Origin: Squalus acanthias
Lineage: Eukaryota
Assembly (NCBI GenBank): GCA_030390025.1
Contig: JASTWF010000369.1
Coordinates: forward strand, 186,001-250,000
Reading direction: 5' to 3'
Length of the DNA stretch: 64,000 nucleotides
Below the pieces are notes generated by a model. That model saw nothing but the letters and a program-made list of their open reading frames with translations. It did not search any database and was not told where the DNA came from. Positions within the stretch are counted from its first letter, which is position 1; the number at the start of each line of letters is the position of its first letter. Below, one piece after another: positions 25,901 to 38,081 of this stretch. Both the position numbers and the translations under genes were made by a program.

Positions 25901-26849
25901 GTAGTAGCTCCTCCTGGTTCCTCAGTCTCATTTGATGTTCCCTGGCATTTTCAAATTCTATGATCCAGAATCACACGGACGATCTGGGCAATATCGTCAA
26001 AGGGCATGTTTCTCCCTCACAGGCTTCCTCTTTAAACAGATGAAGTACATGTAAGGAAAAATGGAAAGATTTGTAAATGTAATTTTAATAAAGCGAGTGG
26101 GTAGAAATTCACGTCGGGCTGTGGTGGGAAACGTGCGGTATCGGATCGGGCACACGTCATACCCGCCTGATGAATATCACGGACCGATATAATTTTCTAA
26201 GAACTTTAACATTTTCACAAAATCAAACATACAATTTTTAAAGGGCATAGAAAAGTTAACATATAAATAATTCCTATATTTTGGAATGATTATTTAAAAC
26301 ATTAGTAAATGTGAAATAAATCATTTTTAAACAGTCATTTTCAGATTTAAAAAAATGAAATCTAAATCACTAGAATGCTAACCTTGCCCACAGCGAGAGT
26401 TGCTCTTTAAATTACCTACACTCCTCAAAACAAGATCCAAAACCAATAAAGTATTTAATAAATTAAAGTTGTTAAAAACTTACATCAGGCTTTGTACAAA
26501 GAACTTTGCTCACTTTCACAGTTAAAAATGTTCCGTTTCCAAACCCCCTGCTGAAAAAGGTCTTCTTCCTGCAGCTTCTCCTGGTAGAATGCCGGCTGTA
26601 CGCCTGCTTTTACTGGTCGCAGCTGTTTCGGACGTACCTAAACTCAAGCATTTGAGAAATCATCAGAAACCTTAGCCGGCAGGGCTACCTTTCCTGCGCA
26701 TGCGGCTGATCTGTCAAGAGGATTCTTGACAGATCGGAAACGCCGCTTTTCAGCGCATGCGCTTCGCATGCCTGAAACCGGAACTTGCGAGGCGCCCACG
26801 GGTGCGTACACAGCTCGTACGCACCCGTGGGTGTCGGAAAATAAGGCCC
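22956..26849. mobile_element. Second, older Harbinger transposon (degenerate)
   Basis: Candidate TIRs tgcccgTATTTTCCG / CGGAAAATAaggccc; transposase relics on minus strand; acidic/low-complexity relic of the partner gene on plus (23.3-24.4 kb); TSD not clean. Confidence 0.65.
24880..25930 (-). pseudogene. HARBI1-like transposase pseudogene
   Basis: YRERLTFETLSEE...RFSK...ALSVSMKVTTALNF..SGSFQ; RKGFHSLNV; SRIVVACCALHNF; frameshifted. Confidence 0.85.
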
Positions 26850-27299
26850 ATATACACTTCAGGTATATTTGTACTCTTCTCAAGTGCTTGAACAACAACT
26901 CGTATGAATAGAAAAGATGATGCCCAGACTTAGTGTTTTGGCAGCAGAGACAGGAGCGCTCGCAGTTATTTATGGAGGTAACGCCCATGTACCCCTCCCT
27001 CGATAAATCCGACTTGGGAGGTGAGAGATGGCACTGATTAGGTTAAAACCGCGCTTCTGCGAGGCCATTTCTTACTCCGCCTTGTCACCTTACTGTGAGA
27101 TTTGAAGATCTTTTTCTGGTCCCTGAAAAAACAAATAAATCACCAGCAAAAACAAAACCTGAGACACTCAGCTTGAGTCCTGAATCTTAAAAAAAAATGA
27201 ATACAGTTTGAGCCTTTGCATACAGCATTGCAACTTAGAAGGAAAGTGTTAATTACTTCTTGGCTGTGGAAACTTTGAAAATAAACCTGGAGGGTGGAA

Positions 27300-29315
27300 T
27301 TACTTTCACAACAGAAACTTCAGATCGGTTTTATTGAACAAAATACTGTCCTGATAATAAAGGACACAGAAGCCTGTAAAATGGCCGCCGCGCATCGTGG
27401 CAGAAGATTCCAGAAACACAGTGGGCGGACAAGATGGTGTCGAATATACATTCAGTATAAGATTGGATCATACTCGGTAAACATTGATAAAGACAGGATG
27501 CAACCCGTTTGCATTGTGAACAATAGCAATGATATAAGTGCTGGAATCGTTGAACTGTGCAATCGAAGGCCCATCCAGACACATCAATACACAAATACAC
27601 CCCGGGCTCTACAATGAGAGAGACATTGACGGGTGATTAAGCCAGTATTCGGGGGGCCGCAAAACCAGTCGAGGAGACGATTCATACACATCCTGGCTGG
27701 CTCAACAATGGGGAAGACATTAACGGATAGTTGGCCAGTTTCAGGTGCTACCGAAACACGTTAAAGAAGATAATCGCCCCATGCTGAGAGTTTTGAGCGC
27801 CAATATTACTCAAAGGATAAACATTAAGATTTGAGCGGGAGATAAGCGGACACATCACTATAACTATAGAGAACAAATGTCCATCGGTCTCTTACCTCTC
27901 GGCGGACCTCTTATTCGCTTGCCTCTTGCCGAACTCGCTTGACTTGTGGGCTCTTGTGTTTCTCTGGACTTTGTTGACTCCTGACTCTTAGCCGTACTGG
28001 TCGGTTATTCGAGTGTTGGGTGGAGCTCAATTGGTACGAGCCGCCCCGACAAGGGAAAGTAACAGGGTGCACCATCCCGAGTGTCGGTAAACGGTGTCTG
28101 GACCCGGAGGCCTGAGGAGACGAGACGAGAAGAAGACGAGAAGAAATTCCACGTGCCGCCACGGTCAGTAAACCCCGACCGCGCCCGGAAATATAAGTAC
28201 AGAACTCTTCTTTGAGTTCCACAAACTTCAAGCTGTACCGCAACACAGGAAGACTCTTCTTTGAATTTTACAACGTTTTGAGTTCCATCGATTTCTTCAT
28301 GACAACAGAGAGTCTGGCCTGCTTTTCGCAGCAGCGAAAGTAAACAAGTGGGGTGCAGAAACCCTTCCAAACATGTGACAGTCAGGCCCTGAAGCGAAAC
28401 CAGCTGAGTGCCTCACTTTAAAAATCTCCGAAGTAACACGAGTGGTGAGCATGTTTTCCGATCCTACAAATCCAGACGTAGTTTAGGTATTGTTAAGGGA
28501 GGGTGGTTTTTAATAAGGTTAAGGTATAATGTGTTCCCCTTTTTATGATGTGCCGTGTGTTCTCCATTTCCATAGACCAAGCTTTATGAATGTGTGTATA
28601 CTTGTACTCTCTTTGATTTAGAAACATAGAATCTAGGAGCAGGAGTAGGCCATTCGGCCCGTCGAGCCTGCAACACCATTCAATACAATCATGACTGATC
28701 ATTCAAATCCAGTACCCTGTCCCTGCTTTAATCCCCACAGTACACATATCCCACCCGACCCCCGTAACCCCACGTATTTAATTCCCCCTAACATATCCCA
28801 TCCTATCCCCATAACCCCACATATTTAATCCCCCCCTAACACTAAGGGTCAATTTATCATAGCCAAATCAACCTAACCCGCATATTTTTGGACAGTGGGA
28901 GGAAACCGGAGCACCCGGAGGAAACCCACGCAGACACGGGGAGAATGTGCAAACTCCACACAGACAGTCACCCGAGGTCAGATTCGAACCCGGGTCTCTG
29001 GCGCTGTGAGGCACCAGTGCTAACCACTATGCCACCGTGTTGCCCTTATTTGCGCCTATGACATGTATTTCATGATTTTAGACGCCATGCAATAAAGATT
29101 TTCATTTCGTGCTATTCAACCTGGTCTATTTGAGTCTTTCTCTGCATTACTGCTCCTTGTATCTAAGTCCAGGTGTCAGAACCGTAAGGGCGAGTGGGTC
29201 GAACCACTCACAGGTGCTTATTGCAATAAGGCTGGCCGGAGACCAGAGCCAGCAATAGTATAGGCAACGAAGGCCTAACCTCGCACCAGCACCATCTGAG
29301 ACACGCCCCCTTACA
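27300..29315 (+). repeat. Provirus 1 5' LTR (first ~45 bp eroded; contains a SINE)
   Basis: Aligns to 38339-38593 plus 51203-52583; ends CCCCCTTACA; AATAAA at 29091-29096. Confidence 0.9.
28619..29045 (-). mobile_element. tRNA-derived V-SINE (HE1-like) with CR1-derived tail
   Basis: Minus strand head GGGCAACACGGTGGCATAGTGGTTAGCAC (A box)...GGTTCGAATC (B box); V-domain GTGGAGTTTGCACATTCTCCCCGTG..GGGTTTCCTCCGGGTGCTCCGGTTTCCTCCCAC; absent from the 3' LTR. Confidence 0.9.
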
Positions 29316-29320
29316 GAAAA

Positions 29321-29337
29321 TGGCGACCACGAAGGGA
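29321..29337 (+). promoter_or_regulatory. Primer binding site, tRNA-Arg(TCG)-like
   Basis: TGGCGACCACGAAGGGA is complementary to the vertebrate tRNA-Arg(UCG) 3' end ...UCCCUUCGUGGUCGCCA (recalled, not searched); 5 nt after the LTR end. Confidence 0.8.
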
Positions 29338-29392
29338 TCCCTGGCAGCAAGAGAGTAATGTTTTAGACCCTGGTTTGAATAGGCGAAATGTG

Positions 29393-31059
29393 ATGGATGA
29401 GAAGGTAGCCGACTATGTGTTTGGGAAAGTTAACTTAAGCAAAAAGTGGATATGTGACCTACTGATGGATAGCCATCCGCTAGACGCCGCCATCAAATGG
29501 ACAGGTAGTAAAGATCATAAGAAGTCGGTAGAGAATGCGGTCTGGCTGATGTGCTAAAAGAAGCAAGTCCTACTTTCGGACCAGGTCATTGCAACACAGG
29601 CAGCTCAGATCAGGGAATTGGAAACTGAGATGGAGGAGAAAGGTGACGGGAGGACAGAGACTCATTACATCACTGAATGCGTTACATCAGGAACGCCAAA
29701 TAGTAGCCAACCACCACGAGGCTAGGATTGATTACCTAGAATGTCAGGTCACGGAAGCAAAATTAAACGAGGGAAGGATTAGACAACGGTGTATCCGCCT
29801 AGCTAACCAGATAAAAGCCCAGGAAGAAAGCTTGAAGGGAGTTAGGGCGGCATACAAGATGGCTCTCGAGGATCGGCATGAGGGAGCCGACCACAGTGTT
29901 TGCCAGAGGGAGATAGAGAACCTAAGGGAGTCCCTGAATAAGGCAAACGGCTTGGTGTGTCTCATCAGCCCGTCAGCGAGCCAGCCACAGGTAGGTAGGG
30001 AATTTCCAAAATCCCTACCAGAAAAAGCAGAGGTGGTATCGACCACTAAGCCTTCCGCACCACACAGCTATACGGAAACCTGGGTAAGGGAGGAAGTGGT
30101 GGAAATAGAGAAGAAGGTTCCCGAGGTAGGACAATCCCCGGAGGTAGTGTCGAGACCGGGAGGGATGTGTCCGGTCCGAGGTCATAAGAGAGGCCCGAAT
30201 GGGGAAAATGGGGCAGACGGGGATATCCTGAACCAACTTGTATTGCCCCACAGCTCACACCAGCTGAGAGCAATGATTAGCCATGTGCGGAAGCTGTCCG
30301 AGTCACATGACCCTTCCGTACATTTTAGAGAAGTAGAACAGACCACAGCGATTAATGGCTACGACGACGAGGAAAAGACCAAGATGTTGCTGTTCTCTTT
30401 AGATAGCTCGATCCTTCAGTGTCTCTCCGACGAGAGCAAGAAGGGAACTAAAAGCTATGGGGATTTACGGGACGAGGTCCTAGAAGTGTTAGGGGCGGAA
30501 GACGAAGGTCCGTTCATCAGACTGGTTCAGACCGTACAGATGGAGGGAGAACCCCCTATATGGACGGCGCCGGGAAAGCTCATTGGCTCAGGTGTATAGT
30601 AGCCAACAGCTTGCCAGCCGTCAGGGAGCAGGCCAGAGCATGGTTTGATCCCACTAACCCCGAGACAACGGAGGAATCTGTCCTAAGTCAACTCACCATA
30701 GGGTATCGGAACACTAGGAGCATGGGAGCACGTCCCCTTAAGGGAAAGATGCATGAGGCAAAGCCCGCAGCTCCGGCTCAGAAAGAGTGGCATCAGGAGG
30801 GAAATCGCGCCCCACAAACCAGTGGTGTTTGTTACGGGTGCGGGAAGACAGGTCACTGGCGTAAAAACTGCAGGAATCTCTGGAAGGACTCCAGGGGCAA
30901 AGCTCCCGCAGTCCGAACCCAAGCGCCTGTCTCTGAGAAAGGAGCTGGTGTGCCTATTCGTCCCAATGCGATAGAATCAATGTTATGATTTCGCACGGGA
31001 GGGTGGCAGTCGTTACCGGCCCCACAGATGCCACAACCCCGTCCACCGGTACCCAATGA
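29393..31059 (+). pseudogene. gag: Provirus 1 gag (coiled coil, capsid-like region, CCHC), disrupted
   Basis: Heptad-rich LNALHQERQIVANHHEARIDYLECQV...; CYGCGKTGHWRKNC; stops and frameshifts; final stop CAA TGA CTA at 31057-31059. Confidence 0.85.
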
Positions 31060-34000
31060 CTAAAGCCTGCGCAGCCCGTCTACCTGTGTCTGCTCAGCTA
31101 TGATGCGTGGAAAAGACCCCTGGTAGAGATGGAGGTAGAGAAGCAGAAGGGTAGTTACTTGTTGGACATGGGAGCTTCCTGCACCGTGATTCATATAGAT
31201 AGCCCCTTTAACTCACCACTGTCTACCAAGGTCCCATTCACATTAGCGGGGTTCACGGGAAAAGAGCAGGCTGGCGCGTTCTCCATTCCGCTCTCCATTC
31301 ATTTAGGAGCACTCCACACCACATGGAAGTGCATTCTGATGAAATGGCAAGAGGGGGGTGGCAAAGGTATCCTCGGATCGGATCTCCTAGCGGAACACGG
31401 AATCCTCGTGGACCTTAGGAATCACTGTCTCTGGGGAGCCAAGGGTGGGAAAGGCAAGGTAGTTGTAATCCCAGGGAAGGAAGGAAAAGGGGCCCTGTGT
31501 ACCATGAAGACAACCGGAGGTTACGACCTCGAGCTTATGGTTGCGGATGTCCCAACGGACATGCAAACGTACGTGTCAGATAATATGCACGTGTTTGCAA
31601 CCCACAAGCACGATCGTGGGAGGGTTACCGGGTTTGAGGTCAGCATAGACGGGGACCCCATGACCCAGCCCCAAAAGCAGTATAACTTCCCCAAAGAAGC
31701 AGAACCCGACATGGAGACAGCAATGTCCGGATTGGTGCAACAGGGTGTTTTGAGACCGATAGCCACACACGTGAACTCCCCATTATGGCCGGTAAGGAAG
31801 CCGGATAATTCGTGGAGGGCCATGGTGGACTACAGAGTCCTTAACAGTAACATCCCCGCCTGCGCGACCACAGTAGCAGCAGTTGCTGACCTAATAGGGA
31901 GTATCAAGCGTCCGCGACCACGTTCACGGTGCTGGATATCTCGAACAGTTTTTGGTCCATTCCGTTGCGGCGAGAGGACCAGTACAAGTTTGCCTTTACT
32001 TTCAAAGGACAACAGTACACATGGAACTGTTTGCCACAGGGTTTCCACAACAGCCCCAGTATTTTCCATCAGTGTATGGCAGGAAGTTTAAAGGCATTTA
32101 GTCAGCCCAATCAGATAGTGCAGTACGTGGATGATTTGCTGCTGTTCACAGACTCAAAGGAGGAGCATGGACCACTGTTAGCCGAGTTATTGGAGCTGCT
32201 AGCGAGAAAGGGTTTTAACGTTAACCCTAAGAAAGCACGGATCGGTCAGCAGGAAGTAAAATTCCTGGGTCTGACCATTCGCGCTGGGGAAAGAGCCATA
32301 GATAAGGCTAGGAGGGAGTCGGTGCAGGAGTTACCGATTCCCAACGCCATAACGGGTGTGAGGTCCTTTCTTGGACTGACCGGATACTGTAGAGAGTTCA
32401 TCGAGGACTATGCGGCCACAGCAGATCCGCTGCTCCGACTCCTCCATAAGGGAGTGGAGTGGTCTTGGGACGAGGGTTGTCAGGCAGCATTCGAGAAGTT
32501 AAAAAGGGATCTGCAGACCGTGCTAGCTTTAGGGGCCATAGAATGGGGGGGGGAGGAGTTTTTCCTGGAGGTAGCTGCCAGCGGAGACAGCTTGAGCGCT
32601 GTGCTGCTCCAAGAGCGTCACGGCAAGCTGAGGCCGGTTGTTTATTCATCCAGGGTGTTAACGGATGTGGAAAGGAGTTTTTCCAACTGCGAAAGGCATC
32701 TTTTAGCCACGCATTGGGCTGTGAAAAGATCAGCGATCTTCACAGGGCTCTCTCCCATCACTCTCCTCACCCATCACACGCCAACCAAGATGCTTCTGGA
32801 TGGGAGGATTAAGTATGGGACCGTAAGCAGCACTCGCATTGTGCGCTGGACCCTTCTCCTTTCCCAGATGGATCTTAGAGTTAAAGGTCTTTGCGAGCCC
32901 AAGCTCGCGGCCAACCTGGTATACCCCGGAACAGCCCACCAGTGTTCGGTGGAAGGGGTGTGGGAGGACAACATAGGTTTGCGGGCCGGGATACATCCCA
33001 CAGGGCGCACGTCTCACATAGTGTGGAGTTTATGACCCTGCGGCAAACCTTGCCTTGGCAATTAAACTCCCCAGCACGATGAGCGCGCAGCAGGCTGAGC
33101 TGTCTGCGGTGGCATATGTAGTTACCCACCCAGAGATCTTCCCAACCCCATGCACGATTTGTTCGGACAGTATGTTTACGTGCAATTCGTGTACGGAATA
33201 ACTGGCAATTTGGTCCCGCCGTGGATACACCTCCGTGGACGGGTGACCTTTAACGGTGAAGCCCTTGCTGGAAAAGATTCTAGTGGCAGTGGGGGAGGAA
33301 GGGGAGATTTTCATTCATTATGTGAAGGCTCACTCCTCCACAGAACCCCGCGGGGAAGGCAACCAGCAGGCGGATACGCTAGCCAGGGAGGTTGCCCGTA
33401 ATGGCATTTTCTGGGACCCCTATGGGCCCGGACCCGTGGCAGCGATCCAAGGCAGGGAAGGGAATCCCGGGAACACCAGGGTAGCACTGCCCCTAGACCT
33501 TAAGACCGTCCAGAGCCAGGATCCCGACCTAAAAGCAGTTCTCAGAACGATTACTGAGGGCAAGCAGGTAGAGGGCTCGTACAGTACGGCAACCCTCTCC
33601 ATTAAAGAAGGCCTGCTGTTCCGCGAGGAACAGTGGGTTGTGCCGCAGCAGCACAGGAGGGAATTCCTCCAGCTGGCTTATGAGGGGCCAGGGGCAGGAC
33701 ACCCCGGGCCTGAGGTTACCTGGCAACGGGTAGAGCAGGCGGGATGGTGGCCTGGACTCAGGGATCAGGTCCGCGTCTTCTGTGCACGCTGTCTTGTGTG
33801 CGCTGCAAACAACCCAGACCCCCAGAAAAGGAAAGTGCACATGGGTTTACATCAGGAGGGTGGAGGGACCATGGCAGTCGATACAGATCGACTATATAGG
33901 GCCCCTGCCCACCACCCAGGGAGGCTACAAATACTGCCTCGTCCTGGTGGATGTGTTTTCCAAGTGGTCAGAAGCCTTTCCCTGTAGAACAGCTATGGCG

Positions 34001-35343
34001 CTGGGTACTGCCAAGATCTTGGTCCGGGAAGTGTTCTCGCGGTGGGGACTCCCCCGTTTCGTGGAGTCCGACCAAGTGAGTCATTTCACCGGCCAGGTGA
34101 TGCAGAACACCCTCATGCTTTTGGGCATTGAAGGGAAGTGGCACGTAGCGCACAATCCCCAGTCATCAGGGATTGTTGAACGTATGAACCGGACCCTCAA
34201 GGAAAAACTGAGGAAAGAGAATATGAACTCGCCCCAAAAATGGGCGGAGGTTCTGCCTCTAGTCCTCATGGGAATCCGGGCCAGCCAGTCGAAGAGTACG
34301 TGGTATTCCCCGTACGAGGTGATGACTGGGAGGATCATGCGTACCCCCACCCATGTACTAGTCCCGGTGCTCACTGAGGATCAGCAACAAGAGGTGAAAC
34401 GGGACAAGTTTGTCTAGACCCTCTTGGAACGCCTGAAGCAGGTTTACGAGCAGGCGGCTGGGAACATGGGAAGACAGCACCAGGGCAATCGCCTGTTGCT
34501 GGAACCCGTAAGAAGCAGGAGTGGGAAGTCGAAGATCAGGTCATGGTTCGGAACTATGCCAGAGTAGGGAGTTTGGAACCACGGTATATGGGAACCTACA
34601 GTATTGTAGATAAGGCGAGTCCCATGGTGTACGCCGTAAAGGTACCCCGGCGCACGAAATGATTCAACATTAACCAGTGCAAGCTGTATAAACCGGGTGC
34701 ACAGGGGCCAAACACAGGGTCCAAACCTGCGAGTGGGGACTCTCAGCCCCGGGTGGAACCGCAGGGCACACAGGCCGGTAAAGCAGCCTGCGTGAGGGGA
34801 TAGGACATTCTGGAAAAGTGTAGGATCTTTTCTTTTTCGTGGGATTCAAATGAGGAAGAGCTCGGAGAGCTCAACCAAGGTAGTGACCCAGTCGGAGAGG
34901 TGTTGGGGTCTGAGGACGGAGGTTCCGCCCTCGACCCAAGCATAGGGGAGATATGGATTGTGAGTGGAGTTCCACTTACTGGGGAAGCAAGTAAGGTGGA
35001 GTCGGAAACCGCAGATCCCGAGCCCAGGGTGGCGGAGCCAGGAGAGCCAGGAGAGACAGAGCGGGCGGCTTTGGTGGGACCACAGGCCGTGACGGTGGAA
35101 GTCCCGGTCCCCGGTCCGTCGGTCCTGGAGATCTTGCCCAAGGTAGCCCTCCGTAGGTCGAGTCGGACACCCCAGCCCAGGAAGTTGTGGTCAAACCCCT
35201 CGTACACCCCGAGGCGTAAGTTCAAGGCAGCCCAGGGAGATCCCAGTCCCAGGTCAGCAGCGACACGCTGCGGCAGTTCAAAGACAGGGGTCACTGCCCC
35301 CCCGCCACTGGGAAAAGCTCGTGGCAGCCTTCGCAGACTTTAG
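31060..35343 (+). pseudogene. pol: Provirus 1 pro-pol (PR, RT, degenerate RH, RNase H, IN, acidic tail), disrupted
   Basis: LLDMGAS/GILGSD; NSPLWPVRKPD, LDISN, LPQGFHNSP, QYVDDLL; FFLEVAAS..AVLLQ; SAQQAEL...VKAH...GNQQADTLA; QIDYIGP, VESDQ, SGIVERMNRTLK. Confidence 0.92.
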
Positions 35344-35617
35344 GTAGGCCGCCCTGGGAACGGGCGGCACTGTACAGGTATTTTAGGAGGATAAGTTTTA
35401 AGTATATAGTGTTTTAATATCCAGTTAAGATTGTAGTTTAATTTTATAAGTAAATGGTAAAATGATGGGAGTTAGTGATAGGAATAGTTAAGGTCTATGC
35501 AGAATACATGTCTTTGTACGTGAGACGAGGTCGAGGGACCCGCTCACCCTTCACAAAAGCCAGAGACTCTTGGGAGGCTGGCTACATCATTTTATCTGAT
35601 CACAGGAACCAGGAGAT

Positions 35618-37944
35618 ATGGAAAGGATTCTGATAGTGCTCGCAATGATCGGATATGGATTGGCCTATCGGGGCCTCACCAAGGATGTCGTTGTGTTCGG
35701 TTGCTCCGGGGATACGACCCAATCGCGACGGTTGGGACCGGGAGCGAGAGGCTGAGGAAACCGCCACTTATTTCCACAAGGGAAGGTGGCCGGGATGGCT
35801 GGGAACGAATTCGACGGAATACTCCAGCGCATCCGGATTTGCATACAAAGAGACTTCTTTGCTGTGTCCCAGAGTGAGGATTGTTGCACCCAGAATCAGC
35901 GTCACCGTCGGCAAAATGATTTGTTTGACGTGCAATGGGAAGGTAACATTGAGCCGATGGTGGTGGTTACGGAAGTTAAGCAAGACTATGAGAAATTCCT
36001 CGGTCGAGTGGGAGCGATTGGGTAACAATACCGATCGGACAATTACGGGGACTAACGGAAAATTGAAAGAATGTTGGTGCAAATGGTAGGAACCGGATGA
36101 GGGAATATATGTTTGTATGTGGGGATCGAAGTACATTTGCCCCAAGGGTATATCCATACTTTTCCTGCAACAATGGCAGGATGCCGGGAAAGGGATGAGG
36201 TGGGATGTCAGCACCAGGGGGTGCGGAGCTCCATTCTCCCCGATCCCGGTAAACGCCACTGAACTCATCACGTGCCCACGCAAGTCTCCGTCCACGATTC
36301 CGGTGGCTTTGGCTCAGGGGGAAGTTGCCCTAAAAGCACTAAGGGGTCCGGGAATGGTCTGGTACTGGTGCCAACAGATCAGATACTATATCAAGGGGTA
36401 CATTATGCGGTGGCCGCGGTGATTCTAAATCTCACCGAGGTGCATTTACCAGAGTGGTGCCCCAAAAAAACGGAACAATTGTATCAGGTCCTGTTAACAA
36501 ACATGTTCAGGCAATTTTATGAGTTAGATTTTGCAGTGGTTGACAAAACAAGCTTATACACCACACCACACGAAGTTTTGGGTCAGGTAGGGAGACAAAG
36601 AAGGGGTGTTGTGAACAATGTGTTCACTGCTTTTAATACGGGAACATATGTGGTCAACGCTCTAGACAATGTGGAGCTGCAGACCCAGATCAACGGTTTA
36701 AAAACACAGTTAAAAAGCATCCTCACAAACGAGAACAAGGTAGTAGGGTCTGAGTTACATGAGGACCAGGTCATGACACTACACTTAAAAGAGATTATAG
36801 CAGAGCTGTAGAAGCATGCGAGAACGGTAAATGCCCTGATCAGGGAAGATCGTAATGCGTCCGATCAGGCTGTGCAGAATGAGGTGTGCGTGCTTTACGG
36901 GGCGTGGTTACTGGGCGAGGGCCGCAGTAATTTGGAGGATTTAAAACAAGGTTTGGTCCCGTCCTGGATAAGTAACAAACACCTGCAGGCGCTCCACCCT
37001 TTTCAGAACGCATTAAGCCCGTGCCAGCTCAGGCTAGCCTCAGAGGCATACCCAGTCCCAGTGGACTGCGGACGGTCAAATCATACTATCATGGGGATAG
37101 TAGTACGGAGCCGGTGTTGGGCGACACAGCAAAGCCCGCCCCGGTGGGCCAGGTGGAGAACATTGGTGTCATTCAGGGGGGAGCCCACATTCGCTACGCA
37201 GCGGTCCCACCTTACGTCATCCGCTGGGAGCAAACGATGACAGGTACCGACCTTTCGGGTTGTCGTGGCCGGGGAGCACACATCATACTGTGTCCCCAGC
37301 AATTGAATGCCTTTTTAACACCACAATGCGGGTTCAGAACGGCTGGAGCGAAGCCCATGAATTGCGCCATGGAAGCAATGACACAGGTGGCATACATAGG
37401 GGTGAAACGTATTGCGTTACCACTGCCGCGCAACACTACCAGCATGGACAGCACAGCCGGTGTCCGGTGAGTGACAGCAGTTTCTGTTTTAAACCCAGGG
37501 CTGAAGTTCAAGTGGCACAACAGCGAATTGTCCCGATCCCTGAACCATCCACTGTTCACCTCACTGTAAAAGAGAATTTCACAGACTTGCAGCGATTCAT
37601 CGCGCATTTCGGATACATCATTCCCCCTCTCCCTGAACACCTCACCAAATTTTAAAAGCCGTCATGGTATCACAGAAACATTTTTACACCCTGGAACAAA
37701 AGACTGTAGAGATAGGGGCAGAGATATTGGACATAGTAACCCCACCGTGGTGGGATCTGTTCACTAATATTGAGGTCCCGTCATGGATCAGGATAGCCTC
37801 CCACATTTTGGTAGTGTGTCAAGTTGTAATTGTAATGTACCTATTGGTCATACACTGCAAAAGAGGCAAACGCCTCACGAGGCAGGAGAACACGGGGAGT
37901 GGAGAGAACGTTACGTGCGCGTGAACGAGGAAAGTACCACGTAA
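35618..37944 (+). pseudogene. env: Provirus 1 env (Ig-like domain plus F-like fusogen), disrupted
   Basis: Colinear with the 783-aa ORF of provirus 2: MERILIVLAMIGYGLA, ICLTC, DEGIYVC, RQRR-GVVNNVF, PPWWDLF, TM; several stops and frameshifts. Confidence 0.9.
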
Positions 37945-38081
37945 ACGGCCAGGATGACGCCCCTCCATTTTACCGCGTGTGTTTTTGTGATTGTTGTTAG
38001 TTATGAGTATTTGTGACTAAGTTTGGAACTTTTGTATTTTTAAAAAAGTTGGTTTGATTATTTTTCCTTTTATAATAAAAC

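Noticed and set aside
27280..27330. Exact left end and TSD of provirus 1
   Set aside because: The TGTAGAG start is missing and no ATTC matching the 3' flank is found; the end appears eroded, so the boundary is approximate.
27331..28370. Antisense ORFs in the provirus 1 LTR (89, 111, 121 aa)
   Set aside because: For the 89-aa ORF the frame is not kept in provirus 2 LTRs; none shows a recognisable motif or a good start.
28970..29045. tRNA gene
   Set aside because: It is the tRNA-derived head of a V-SINE, continuous with the V domain and LINE tail.
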